Source: Macrostomum hystrix | Lineage: Eukaryota > Animalia > Platyhelminthes | DNA: 64,000 nucleotides | Assembly (NCBI GenBank): GCA_950097015.1 | Contig: CATNEN010000010.1 | Location: 1,984,001-2,048,000, forward strand | Direction: 5' to 3' | Shown: in pieces, positions 1 through 12,830 of the stretch | Layout of the letters: every line of letters begins with the position of its first letter | Numbering within the stretch: position 1 is the first letter of the stretch | Translations under genes and position numbers: made by a program | Notes under the pieces: model-generated | What the model was told of the DNA's origin: nothing | Seen by the model: the letters and a program-made list of their open reading frames with translations, nothing else | Database searches by the model: none

Positions 1-3000
1 GATCCCGCTGCGGCCTCTGCCCTGACTGGGGGCAGCCGTGTGACCCGTCAGCTGCCAGAGAGAGTGGGGCAGAGGGAGAAAAGGGAGAAATAAAATCAAT
101 GAAAAATGCAGCGCTCAGCCAGGCAGAGGAATGGGGCAGACTGGAAGACGAGGAGCGGCCCCAGAAATTTCTCCCCGGCGGTTTTGGAGGCTTGAAGCGG
201 ACTGCTTGGAAGGGTCCTCAAGCGGAGACGGCCGTCTCTCTCAATGCTCGGGCAGTTTGTGAATTAGGCAAATCAAGTGGTCGGATTGGCGCTGCCTGTT
301 ACTGCCCCGGCCCTCCTAATTACAAGCCAGCGCTGCCGGCCTAGGGGCTTCCAATTTGATTTTTCTGGGTCGGAGAGCCTGGCCGTGTCGAGATGGAGTG
401 GGCCGCTCTCTCGCTTTTCTCTCATTCATTCTCTCTGTCTCATTCTCCGCATTCTCTGCAATTTTCTTTACTCTCAAACGGAGGGAGAAGGCGGCGGGCC
501 GTTTCCGGCTTGTTAGACGCCACGCTTGGCTTCACTGGCTGACGACAGCCCCCCTCCGCACTGACCGGTGCACTTTAAATATACTCCGAGCTGCCATCGA
601 TTGACTACTCAAAGAGTAGTATTATCTCAGGTCTTTAATTTCTTAATCAAGATGGGTGCTCATAAATTTACACCATGCACATTCAACCCATCGCTTCTCT
701 CAACCCTCCCCCAGTGTGTACATTCAGCCCACCTCTTACAACCCTCCCCCCAGTGTGTACATTCAGCCCACCTCTTTCAACCCTCCCCCAGTGTGTACAT
801 TCAGCCCACCTCTTACAACCCTCCCCCCAGTGTGTACATTCAGCCCACCTCTTACAACCCTCCCCCCAGTGTGTACATTCAGCCCACCTCTTACAACCCT
901 CCCCCCAGTGTGTACATTCAGCCCACCTCTTACAACCCTCCCCCCAGTGTGTACATTCAGCCCACCTCTTTCAACCCTCCCACAGTGTGTACATTCAGCC
1001 CACCACCTCTTACAACCCTCCCCCAGTGTGTACATTCAGCCCACCACCTCTTACAACCCTCCCCCAGTGTGTACATTCAGCCCACCTCTTTCAACCCTCC
1101 CCAAGTGTGTACATTCAGCCCACCTCTTTCAACCATCCCCAAGTGTGTACATTCAGCCCACCTCTTTCAACCCTCCCCAAGTGTGTACATTCAGCCCACC
1201 TCTTTCAACCCTCCCCAAGTGTGTACATTCAGCCCAGGGTAAATTTAAATCTTCTGAACCCCCAAGTGTACACTTTAGCCATTTGATTTGGAGGTGAAAA
1301 TCCTACTCACATCGATCTGTACCGGCTCGCCCAGTTTGTACCGGTGAATGAGCAGTCTCAGGTCGGTCTCAAACGTATCGCCCGACTGTGGCTCGGCGTA
1401 ATAATACCGACTGTACCAATCCGTCACGCTGGAGTTCTGGCAGGCCACGCGGAGCTTCACCTTCACGTCGGCGGGCTTGCGGCTAAGCGAGGCGGCCAGG
1501 CCGGTGAGCCGCTGCACGACTAGGCGGGACACCGAGATCTTGCGCTTCGGAGTCAGACAGCTGACTGTACCCGAATCGGTAGCTGTGAATGGCCTGGTGG
1601 CAGGGGATTAGCAGCAGCAGTAGTAACAGTACAGTAAGAGGACACACCACCCCAATATTTACCCGAGCTGATGCTCACACTCATTTTACAACCAGCAAAT
1701 GAACTGTCTTGCTGGAGGACACGAGTGGCATCCTTGGCTGTGACTCGAACTCCCGACCTCAGGGTCAGAAGTAAAATACTCTAACTAACCACTGAATTAC
1801 AAGCTCTCTTGTAGAATCAATACTACTTATAGTAGCAGTGCAGTATTACTCTGAGCTCAGACTCACCTGAGCTCAAATCCCATCACGCTGAAGGCCCTCA
1901 GAGTGAAGCTGACGTCGCCATTGTCGCCGAATAGCGGTAGCAGCACGTAGCACCCGGGTGGCAGGCTGGCTCCCATGGTGATCGCGGCTCGCCGCTCAGG
2001 CGCAGAGCGAGCCACAAGGCGCGCGGACGGCGGGCTGGAGTGCGGCGGTAGCCGGCATTCGCGGTTGTCCTCGGCCCGCAGCAGCTCCAGACCCATCGGC
2101 GCCAGGAGGTCGGGCTGGCAGGCGGCCTCGGGTCCGCCCTGCTCCAAACAGACTGTCACCGTCTGGAAGCTGTCACCGCGAACGCGAAGGCAGAACTGAG
2201 GCTCAGTTGTCGGACTGTCGAAGCCCCATCGACCAGTAAGTGTGCTGACGTGCCAGTGCCGGCTGTCCTCACTAGCCAGGCTCATGTCCAGGTCGCTGAA
2301 GCGCGCCATTGCATCCTGCAGGTTGATCCTGAGGTAGAGGATAGGCGCTGATGGAGTGTAAGCTCTTCTAAGCTTATTGATTAAGCTTCTGAGTTCGTGT
2401 GGGGAGAATATTTTTTATATTCTTTCCCTCATGTGCATACTACGCAGATTCGTTCATATAGGCGAAAATTCTTACATCCCTTACCCGAATGTCCACTAGT
2501 GCACATAGAAAAAACTCCTCAACCAAGAGTATTTTCTATACATTCTATACACTCAGCATACATTCTAAACATTCCTTACCCCAGAGTACATTCCCTTAGA
2601 GTACATTACCCTTAGAGTACATTCTAAACATTCCTTACCCCAGAGTACATTCTAAACATTCCTTACCCCAGGGTACATTCTAAACATTCCTTACCCCAGA
2701 GTACATTCTAAACATTCCTTACCCCAGAGTACATTCTAAACATTCCTTACCCCAGAGTACATTCTAAATATTCCTTACCCCAGAGTACATTCTAAATATT
2801 CCTTACCCCAGAGTACATTGTAAATATTCCTTACCCCAGAGTACATTCTAAACATTCCTTACCCGAATAAGCATTCCACTAACTCGTTCAGTTTAGTACA
2901 TATTTGTTTCTGGGTGTTTGTACTATTTAAAATCCAAAACTGCCGACTGCCAAAACGGAAATGAAAGTAACTGACACGCAAATCACATTCAATATCCGGA

Positions 3001-6000
3001 TTAAAAATTAAATGTCTAATGCGTGAGAGTTAGTCAATATTGTCGAGGCATAAAGAAACTGGCTTACTGGTAGTAAATACATGCTAGAGTGCTATTCGTG
3101 TTTAATCCACTGCAGAATTTATAAATATACTTCGAGTCTTAGTACTTTAGAAGTTAATCTATCGCGAACAGTTTAAATTGATGTTTTTAGCGATTTGAGT
3201 AAAAATAAAAAACTGCCATCGCTTCAAAAAATGCTCGCAACGCACTAATAAAGTAGTTGTGAAGGCAAACTTACCAGAAAATGCAATCCGCCTTGAACCA
3301 GTGATTCACTTTACTAGCTGACTCCACATCCAGCTGATTCCATTCAGGACCGCTGAGGTGTTTGCGAGGTGGTGGACTCAGTGAAAAGACACTAGCCTCA
3401 GTGAAGGGACAGTAGCCTCAGTGAATAGACAGTAGCCTCAGTGAAGAGACAGTAGCCTCAGTGAAGAGACAGTAGCCTCAATGAAGGGACTGTAGCCTCA
3501 GTGAAGAGACAGTAGCCTCAGTGAAGGGACAGTAGCCTCAGTGAAGGGACAGTAGCCTCAGTGAAGGGACAGTAGCCTCAGTGAAGGGACAGTAGCCTCA
3601 GTGAAGAGACAGTAGCCTCAGTGAAGAGACAGTAGCCTCAGTGTAAGGACAGTAGCTTCAGTGAAGGGACAGTAGCCTCAGTGAAGAGACAATAGCCTGA
3701 GTAGCCTCAGTGAAGGGACAGTAGCCTCAGTGAAGGGACAGTAGCCTCAGTGAAGAGACAGTAGCCTCAGTTTAAGGACAGTAGCCTCAGTGAAGGGACA
3801 GTAGCCTCAGTGAAGAGACAGTAGCCTCAGTGAAGAGACAGTAGCCTCAGTGTAAGGACAGTAGCTTCAGTGAAGGGACAGTAGCCTCAGTGAAGGGACA
3901 GTAGACTCATTGAAGGGACAGTAGCCTCAGTGTAAGGACAGTAGCTTCAGTGAAGGGACAGTAGCCTCAGTGAAGGGACAGTAGACTCATTGAAGGGACA
4001 GTAGCCTCAGTGAAGAGACAGTAGCTTCAGTGAAGAGACAGTAGCCTCAGTGAAGAGACAGTAGCCTCAGTGAAGAGACAGTAGCCTCAGTGAAGAGACA
4101 GTAGCCTCAGTGAAGGGACAGTAGCCTCAGTGAAGAGACAGTAGCCTCAGTGAAGAGACAGTAGCCTCAGTGAAGAGACAGTAGCCTCAGTGAAGGGACA
4201 GTAGCCTCAGTGAAGGGACAGTAGCCTCAGTGAAGGGACAGTAGCCTCAGTGAAGGGACAGTAGCCTCAGTGAAGGGACAGTAGCCTTAGTGAAGGGAAA
4301 ATATACTATTGACAATAGACCCCAATCTTACCCGTCTCGCCAGGGCCCCAGCCATTCGCTGCCGTCATGGAAGTGAGCAGTCTGCAGTTTGAGCAGCCAG
4401 ACTCGAGTGCCGTCCTGCAATTGCACCGGCTGCACATCAGTCAGCAGGTAGCCGCGGCCATAGACTAAATTCTCCGAAGTGCGGTCGCCAGTTTGCTTCC
4501 CTTTTCCTTCGGGCTAATTAAAAGAATGCAGGAATAACGAGAGGGAGCATAGACAATAAGCGATGGCCGTTTCTCGCTTGTACACCATCGCGACCAGTCT
4601 ATATAACCAAAGCCAAAATTCATCAAATCAGGATGCACATTGTTTATTCTCTATTTTTAAAACAAAGAATGTCTCTTATGTAGAAAACTCTGTTTAAAAT
4701 ATTCCGAGCGGAAAAAATCCAAGAGCTCTTTTCCATTTGATCCACGGCGCTCCCCGCCGCTGCTTTGGTAATCAAGCCCGCCCGGACCGTCAAAGAGCGT
4801 CGAAGGGAGAGAGAAAAGACGGGCCCAGACCACGGAAGCAGACGAGCCAGGCTGCAGAGGCAAAGAGAAGCTGATTTGGGCGGCATCTGAGGCCTGGGGC
4901 AGCGGGTTGGGATGGCCGCCATGGAGAATGTAATTTAATTTTCTCGAGAATTTAATCAGCCCGCGTCGAGGCCGGGTGCCAGGCTGAAACAAAAAAGGCG
5001 TTCTGTCTCTGTAGGCAAGCCCCCCGGCTTCCGGCGAGCCGCGAATCTGCCACGAAGGCGGGGTGGCTGCTGAGAAGGCGGCCCGCTTTCCAGCCTGGCG
5101 CCGTTTCAATTTTTTTGCTCAAAAAATGTTGAATTCCTAGCGCCTGCTCCGCAGAAATTTATTCAGACGCAATAAAGTCTTTACAGAATCGTTGCTGCGT
5201 TTTACAATTTTTATATGTATTACCCGCATTCGGGGATAAAAATACGATTAATTAAATGGCACTCGCAGATGACAGCAATGACAGCAGAACAAACCCGAGT
5301 GCTGAACAGCAGCAGCCCGTCCCTGCGCACGTGGCACTGCAATATGCGGGCTAGACGCTCTCGAGCGTCCGGGTTGGACAAGTCCACCTGGCCCTGCAGC
5401 AGCCGCAGGTCCCAGTGGTCAGGGATGCCTCGGCCGAAGCTGGCGACGGCGTCGGCCACGCGTCCGTGGGCGAGAGATGCATAGCCGCCATGCAGCCTGT
5501 GCAGACGAATTAAAAAGCAAAAAATAGAAACGTTTTTCATTCTCTTTCCGTTTTCCTCTGTTATGTGGTATACGGTCGCATCGTAGTAATGCATACGCTG
5601 GCTTTGAAGATCGAACATAAAAATACTGCCTAAAAGGAGAGAAAAACACTAAACATTTGAAAAATTCCGTTTCTAATGATTCACATGACTGTCAACTACA
5701 TACTCGCTATCTACTCAAGAAATCTACTAGTATTCATGGGGTAAAATTTGCTAGTCCTATATACTAAATCACAGGATCAGATACGTCTTACGATCCACAA
5801 TCGTACGAGCTACAAGTTCGCTAGCCAGAAAATACAAAGGGATTTGCTCTGCCTGTCGCGTGTTTCCACACTCTCACTTGGCGTAGGCCTTCTCCAACAA
5901 GGCGCTCCAAAACTCGGCCCCGTCCTCCGACCGGCAGCGCAGCAGCTGACCGTCCCTCGCTGGCAGACGATCGTCCACCACCACCTCGTAGACGCGACCC

Positions 6001-6446
6001 AGTCGGCCGAACGCAAACTGCACAATCCCCGGGTGGAATTTGCAGCCATAGTCCTGGTGAGCGTAGCCTGGGATCACCTGTGCGAGCAGGTTGGGCCGCA
6101 CCGTAAGTACAGCGCAGGCTGTGGCGAACCAGGCCGCTCCGCCGCGCTCACTGCCGACGACATCAGCGCCGGACACTCCATCAGAGAGCAAGTGCGGCTT
6201 CACGGCCAGCTCAGGCGGACGCAGCCACTCGACGCCGACGTTGCTGACGCCGGTGCCAACAGTCTGGGGAAACTCCGGGTCCTCGAATTTGCGCCGCAGA
6301 GTGATGTGATTCCGGCGCAATGTCTGCAACGGGGGTGAGGGGAGAGCATCGCATAGGACGACCCAGTTCGTATGCTATACGAATCTCGAATCAAATGTTT
6401 TGCTTACCCTAAAGCTCTGGCCCTTGTACTTGACGATTGACGACAT
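1..6446 (-). CDS. CAPN5-like: Calpain-5/6 (TRA-3)-type protein, predicted catalytically inactive; 3' end outside the window
   Basis: Exons with GT-AG junctions and consistent phase: 6446-6408, 6323-5878, 5496-5295, 4513-4332, 3376-3275, 2328-1867, 1560-1311 and probably 51-<1. The start MSSIVKYKGQSFRTLRR..KFEDPEFP resembles calpain-5. Calpain motifs present: VVDDRLP, EFWSALLEKAYAKLHGGY, EWLGPWRD, FWINL. These are followed by a domain-III-like exon and a C2-like exon (VSRLVVQRLTGL...HRYKLGEPVQID). Confidence 0.9.
700..1240. repeat. 38-39 bp minisatellite (ccctcccccagtgtgtacattcagcccacctcttacaa), in a calpain intron
   Basis: About 14 tandem copies visible; source of the spurious ORFs 568-1297. 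Confidence 0.97.
1606..1806 (-). mobile_element. tRNA-derived SINE, copy 1
   Basis: Minus strand: A-box-like tcagtggttag, B-box gagttcgagtc, central gtgtcctccagcaagacag, and a simple-repeat tail (tac/tgc). Confidence 0.7.
2575..2870. repeat. 28 bp minisatellite (cagagtacattctaaacattccttaccc)
   Basis: About 10 tandem copies in a calpain intron. Confidence 0.95.
3377..4300. repeat. 20 bp minisatellite (agtagcctcagtgaag(a/g)gac) abutting a calpain splice acceptor
   Basis: About 45 copies; the array ends at the acceptor AG at 3378-3377 (minus strand). Confidence 0.97.
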
Positions 6447-7227
6447 GGGAGAGTTTCAGAGCTTTCTCAAAACTCAGAAATCCATCATTTTGCGTTCTTC
6501 TTAATTTCTATGCCGAATTCGCTCTAATTCCTTAGCAAACTGAGCCGGCAGCTTTTGTTCTCTACTCGCATCTCGAGATTCGCACCCAGCTGCAGAACCC
6601 ATCCACTGTGCTCATGTGCACATTGAGTACGCTTTAAGTGAATGTACATTTGCTCAGCAGGTGTGCTCAGCGCATTGAAAAACTATTTTATTGTGCAAAA
6701 TTTATTTCTTGGTTGTCAAGCAACCCACTTTCCATTGTGCAGAGCGTTTCAGTGCTGCTCACGGGGCCTAAGGCGAAAATCTTACGCCTTCTTAGAAATA
6801 TGCGATATCGTTCCTACTGTGGGATCAAAACCCTCACAACTGCTTTGAATATTATGGTGTTTTTTAATTGAGCCCAAAACTGAAGAACACAGAAGTACGC
6901 ACAGAAGTTCGCATAATATTCATTGCTCTCTCGTGCTCGGAGAGCACACACGAGAATGCTTTGAGAAGATGGGGAAATTCAAGAAGCAAATTATTGGCAG
7001 TAGTCAGTACTCTGCGGCCTGAAAAGCTACTTATCGCATGCTAATTTGAGCAATTCTCTAACCTTAGTGTACGACTAATCTGCTACAAGGTCAAACTGCA
7101 GCTACTAAATTAATATCCTCAAATCAATGTCATCTATCCTCTCAATTGTAGAATCTTGGAGCAGTAGTTGCCTAGCTTGATGAGCTAACAATAAATGAAA
7201 TTAATTCACATCATATAGTCTACTTAC

Positions 7228-7560
7228 GATAGATAACTCTCCTCTCCTCTCCTCTCCTCTCCTCTCCTCTCCTCTCCTCTCCTCTCCTCTCCTCTCCTCT
7301 CCTCTCCTCTCCTCTCCTCTCCTCTCCTCTCCTCTCCTCTCCTCTCCTCACCTCTCCTCTCCTCTCCTCTCCTCTCCTCTCCTCTCCTCTCCTCACCTCA
7401 CCTCACCTCTCCTCTCCTCTCCTCTCCTCTCCTCTCCTCTCCTCTCCTCTCCTCTCCTCTCCTCTCCTCTCCTCTCCTCTCCTCTCCTCTCCTCTCCTCT
7501 CCTCTCCTCTCCTCTCCTCTCCTCTCCTCTCCTCTCCTCTCCTCTCCTCTCCTCTCCTCT
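7228..7560. repeat. (CTCCT)n microsatellite
   Basis: Near-perfect 5-mer run. Confidence 0.99.
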
Positions 7561-8084
7561 CCGCTGGCTGTTTGACCAGGATTTCAAATGCCACATGAGC
7601 TCTGGAGGTCAATAGTGGAATTGAGCACGACAAGAGGAGGCCGAATTCGCACGCTCCCCAGCCTCCAATATTCTCCGCAAACAGGCCGCAACAACGTTCG
7701 CAGCCTCTAAACTGGCCCTTCTATCCCCACCTTCCCTCTGCCTCCTGGGTGGACTCACTGCCAGTCTCTGCGCGACATCGATATGCGGCTTGCACTCGCA
7801 ATACAGCGACAAAGTAGGGCCCGCTCAACTAAGCCTTCTCAACTAAGCTTGGCTTTTTGCCCATTGCTACACCTCTCGCCCGCTGCATTCGCAGCTCGAA
7901 CACCTTCGAGTGACCTCAGCCGCTGCCTCGGTTGCCCCCTCATAAATAATAATTATCACTGGCGCTTTATTTTCTCTCATTCAGCAATTTCTTTCTCCGC
8001 TCTGCTCGTAAACTAAAAGTATCTGGTGTACTCTCTGTGCTTCTTCACCTTCTCCGAGTTACATATGCGAACTCCACAATCTAC

Positions 8085-8440
8085 CTCACCCTCTCACTGT
8101 CCCTCTCCCTCACCCTCACCCTCACCCTCTCCTTTTCCCTCTCCCTCACCCTCTTACTCACCCTCACCCTCTTACTCACCCTCACCCTCTTACTCACCCT
8201 CACCCTCTTACTCACCCTCACCCTCTTACTCACCCTCACCCTCTCCCTCTCCCTCACCCTCTCCCTCACCCTCTTACTCACCCTCACCCTCTTACTCACC
8301 CTCACCCTCTTACTCACCCTCACCCTCTTACTCACCCTCACCCTCTCCCTCTCCCTCACCCTCTCCCTCACCCTCTTACTCACCCTCACCCTCTCCCTCT
8401 CCCTCACCCTCTTACTCATTCTCTTTCTCACCCTCTCCCT
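8085..8440. repeat. (ctcacc/ctctcc/ctctta)n pyrimidine-rich repeat
   Basis: 6/18 bp periodicity. Confidence 0.95.
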
Positions 8441-8543
8441 CATTCTCGCAATCCCCTCCCCCCCTGTGCCCTATTTTATCTCTCTTCCCCTCTTTTCCCC
8501 TTCCCACTAAGCTTACATCTTCCTTCCCTTCATTTCTCGGCAC

Positions 8544-8688
8544 TATCTTGTCTTCCATATCTCACATGGCAAGGGCGGCGGTTGCATTTAATATCTTGTC
8601 TTCCATATCTCACATGGCAAGGGCGGCGGTTGCATTTAATATCTTGTCTTCCATATCTCACATGGCAAGGGCGGTGGTTGCATTTAAT
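8544..8688. repeat. 48 bp unit x3
   Basis: tatcttgtcttccatatctcacatggcaagggcggcggttgcatttaa at 8544, 8592 and 8640. Confidence 0.95.
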
Positions 8689-8859
8689 GAACGGATTTAA
8701 AAACTCGAAAACAACAAGTTGTCTTGCGCCACTGGGAGAGAAACAAGCTGAGCTCCTTTGGAGGCGGCCTCAGAGATGCCACACTGAGGGACCCAGTAGC
8801 TAATTAGATACTTCCCCTCAACCTTTCTTCTCCGAACCATTTCTTCCCCTCACACTTTC

Positions 8860-9730
8860 TTCCCCTAACCGCTCCTTCCCCTCACCCTTTCTTCCCCTCA
8901 CCCTTTCTTCCCCTCACCCTTTCTTCCCCTCACCCTTTCTTCCCCTCACCCTTTCTTCCCCTCACCCTTTCTTCCCCTCACCCTTTGTTCCCCTCACCCT
9001 TTGTTCCCCTCACCCTTTGTTCCCCTCACCCTTCCTTCCCCTCACCCTTCCTACCCTCACGCTCCATTCCTCTCACCTTCCTTCCCCTCACCTTCCTTCC
9101 ACTCACCTTCCCTCCCCTCACCCTTTCCCTCCCCTCACCCTTTCCCTCCCCTTACCCTTTTCTTTCCCTCATCCTTCCTTCCCCTCACCCTTCCTTCCCC
9201 TCACCCTTCCTTCCCCACACCTTCCTTTCCCTCACCCTTCATTCCCCTCACCTTCCTTACCCTCACCCTTCCTTCCCCTCACCCTTTGTTCCCCTCACCT
9301 TCCTTACCCTCACCCTTCCTTCCCCTCACCCTTTGTTCCCCTCACCCTTCCTTCCCCTCACCCTTTGTTCCCCTCACCCTTTTTTCCCCTCACCCTTCCT
9401 TCCCCTCACCCTTTGTTCCCCTCACCTTCCTTTCCCTCACCCTTCCTTCCCCACACCTTCCTTACCCTCACCCTTCCTTCCCCTCACCCTTTGTTCCCCT
9501 CACCCTTCCTTCCCCTCACCCTTTGTTCCCCTCACCCTTTTTTCCCCTCACCCTTCCTTCCCCTCACCCTTTGTTCCCCTCACCCTTTTTTCCCCTCACC
9601 CTTCCTTCCCCTCACCTTCCTTACCCTCACGCTCTATTCCTCTTACCTTCCTTCCCGTCACCCTTCCTTCCCCTCACCCTTTGTTCCCCTCACCCTTCCT
9701 TCCCTTCACCCTTCCTTCCCCTCACCCTTC
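8860..9730. repeat. Polypyrimidine minisatellite (ccctcaccctt(c/t)(c/g)ttc)
   Basis: Degenerate ~18 bp units, almost exclusively C/T on the + strand. Confidence 0.95.
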
Positions 9731-10072
9731 CTTGAAAATCTTACTTTCATTCTACGCGATGTTCCCGGCTTTAAGTCATTTCTGGCAAGTCGGCGTCGAA
9801 TGTTCGGGGAGGTGGAGGTTCGCGAGGACGGCCTCGGGAACTGCTGAGCTGCCGACCCAGCCTACTCAAATATCACTCACCTATATCCCAGCCATGTCAG
9901 GCCCTGCACTGTGCGTTGGATAAACACTTCTGAGTAGACTGTCATCCACGGTGAGGCAACTCATCTTAGCGGGATGGGGAGCTCGCGGAAGCTGGCGACT
10001 CGGGTAACCCGAGGCCTCCTTCCCAAACAAAAGATGAGGCCACGACTGAGGCTTGGCAGAGCACAGGAAACA

Positions 10073-10109
10073 TATAGATGGATTGATAGATAGATGGATA
10101 GATGGATAA

Positions 10110-10159
<50 letters not shown>

Positions 10160-10169
10160 GGATAGATAG

Positions 10170-10200
<31 letters not shown>

Positions 10201-10284
10201 GATAGATAGATAGATAGATGGATAGATAGATAGATGGATAGATAGATGGATAGATAGATAGATAGATAGATGGATAGATAGATG

Positions 10285-10315
<31 letters not shown>

Positions 10316-10416
10316 GGATAGATAGATGGATAAATAGATAGATGGATAGATAGATAGATAGATAGATGGATAGATAGATAGATAGATAGATGGATAGATA
10401 GATAGATAGATAGATG

Positions 10417-10447
<31 letters not shown>

Positions 10448-10468
10448 GGATAGATAGATAGATAGATA
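10073..10468. repeat. (GATA)n/(GATG) microsatellite
   Basis: Direct reading. Confidence 0.99.
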
Positions 10469-11589
10469 GTTTTTTGGCAGCATAGTTACAGGGTATCTGA
10501 AATATGAATGAAGCCATCAGAATACTGGGGGGGGATCCAGAGAGCCAGTCAGAATTCTAGTTGTCAAAACTGTCTGCCGCGTCACTCTTCAAATGCTTTT
10601 TCCGACTGTAAGCAAAAAAAATTGAAATAGTCGGCTCAAATAAATGACATTTATTTTACGACATGTTACAACAATAATTTATCCACTTCGCCTTTCATTC
10701 TAAAGAGGGGATATTTCTCAAATTTTATAGTTTTTAACTGTTTTACTTTCTCCATCTTCTTCTGCCTGTCATTCCATATTATACTTCCCATCCAGTCTCC
10801 CATCCAGTCTCCCATCCTGTCTTTCCCATCCTGTCTTTGCCTCCTGTCTTTCTCATTCTGTCCTTCCATCCTGTCTTTTCAATCCTGTCTTTCCCACCCT
10901 TTCCCATCTTCGCCAATCTTTACCGTGCAGTGTTTCCCATTCCGTCTCTCCTAATGCGCTTCCAGCCCAGCCCCACGGCAATAATTCTTTCAATTTTCGA
11001 ATCCCAGAACAGCACCCTTGGCGCAGCGCTTTCTCTGAAAGAACTGGGAGCCAAATCCCAGTGCTGTCGCTGCGCTCACCGCATGCGGCCATTGGCCTGA
11101 GGCAGAGGCCCCGGGGACGAACAGAGGCCGGGCAAAAACTGGAGGGAAAGCCTGAGAGTGGGGGAAGCCGGCTGGAATGAGTGGGGAAGAGTGGGACGAG
11201 AAGTAAGATGTGGGAGGGGAAGAAAATGGCTTTGGCAGGCTGCTGCTCTACCCTCCTCCAATGGACTGGGAGATTTCCCCGGCCGCAATCCCCGAAGCTC
11301 CGTGCACTACTTCAGGCCTTGCTCCTCACTCCTGGAACACTGACAGCGGCTGCAGCCTTCAGCCCCTTCTCCGAGACCCCGCCAGTCCCCCCCAGCTGAA
11401 TTTCTGGCGGATCCCAGCGCCAAATCGCCTGCCACTTCTGCCTACTGATCAGCAGCCAGAACCGAGACAGGTGCTGCGAATACCTGCCGGTAAGAATGCT
11501 CTTCAAGGGCTGACTGGAGCCTAGCTGCCCCACCTTCCAAACTTGTTCCCGTCCTCCCGTCCTCTTCCTCTCTTCCTTTATACCCCCAT

Positions 11590-12020
11590 TAATCCATGAG
11601 CCTCTTCAATCCTCTCTCCCTCATCCTCTTTTCCTCCTAATCCTCTCTCCCCATCATCATCTCTCCCTCCTCATCCTCTTTCCCCTCATCCTCTCTCCCT
11701 CCTCATCCTCTTTCCCCTCATCCTCTCTCCCCCTCATCCTCTCTCCCCCTCATCCTCTCTCCCACCGCTCTCCCTCCTCATCTTCTCTCCCTCCTCATCC
11801 TCTCTCCCTCCTCATCCTCTCTCCCTCCTCATCCTCTCTCCCTCAGCTCTCCCTCCTCATCCTCTCTCCCTCCTCATCCTCTCTCCCTCCTCATCCTCTC
11901 TCCCTCCTCATCCTCTCTCCCTCCTCATCCTCTCTCCCTCCTCATCCTCTCTCCCTCCTCATCCTCTCTCCCTCCTCATCCTCTCTCCCTCCTCATCCTC
12001 TCTCCCTCCTTATCGTCTCT
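11590..12020. repeat. 17 bp minisatellite (cctcatcctctctccct)
   Basis: Tandem copies; a related unit recurs at 13375-13570. Confidence 0.95.
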
Positions 12021-12479
12021 CTTCTATTTTCCTCTCGCCCTCTATCTGTTGTCCCCATTTTACCTCTATCATTATCCCATATCCCTTCGTCGGTCGTCCC
12101 TTTACAATCCTCTTTCAGATCCCTATCATCTCAAGCAGCATTCATTGTCCCGTTTCTCGTAATTACATTCGCTTATTTTCATTACAAGCGGGTCGCGCGC
12201 GCTCGATGCTTTAATTACACTCCCTTCTCAAAACATGTAGCCATTCATGCCCCTACACTCTGCCCCAGCTCTCGGCTTCTAGTGGTAACTGCTCAGCAAC
12301 AGAATCTGACCGCTAAGCTTGGGCAGGAATAGCCAATCAGAATGCCAACTTTGAGGTCAATTAACTGTCTAAGCGAGATAGCCTAATAGAATTACTCGAG
12401 CACGGACTCAGTAATTTCTTATGAATAATTTGAGAAAGTTTTTGTCCCACTGTAATAATAAGGGAGTGAGGAAAGAAGA

Positions 12480-12830
12480 AGGTAGGATAGATAGAGTGGG
12501 AGGAAGATAGAGCGAGAGGTAGATAGAGTGGAGGTAGATAGAGCGAGAGGTAGATAGAGTGGGAGGTAGATAGAGTGAGAGGTAGATAGAGTGGAAGGAA
12601 GATAGAGCGAGAGGTATATATAGTGGGAGGTAGATTGAGTGGGATGTAGATAGAGTGAGAGGTAGATAGAGTGAGAGGTAGATAGAGTGAGAGGTAGATA
12701 GAGTGGGAGGTAGATTGAGCGAGAGGTAGATAGAGTGAGAGGTAGATAGAGTGGGAGGTAGATTGAGCGAGAGGTAGATTGAGCGAGAGGTAGATAGAGT
12801 GGGAGGTAGATAGAGTGGGTGGTAGATAGA
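12480..12830. repeat. 16 bp minisatellite (aggtagatagagtg(g/a)g)
   Basis: Tandem copies. Confidence 0.95.

Noticed and set aside
466-608. Alternative candidate last exon for the calpain gene
   Set aside because: Weak pyrimidine tract and no calpain similarity. The acceptor before position 51 has a strong tract and continues the C2 alignment (QID-LTGH).
568-1297. Pro/Cys/His-rich ORFs over 200 aa in three frames
   Set aside because: Products of the 38-39 bp intronic minisatellite.
7560-7810. Short unique stretch with an open + frame (HDKRRPNSHAPQPPIF...) suggestive of a retroelement remnant
   Set aside because: No recognisable RT or endonuclease motif; too short to support a call.
8026-10517. 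SP-, PF/PL- and YLSI-repeat ORFs resembling extensins or membrane proteins
   Set aside because: Simple-sequence repeats (polypyrimidine tracts and GATA) with no splice-linked unique exons.
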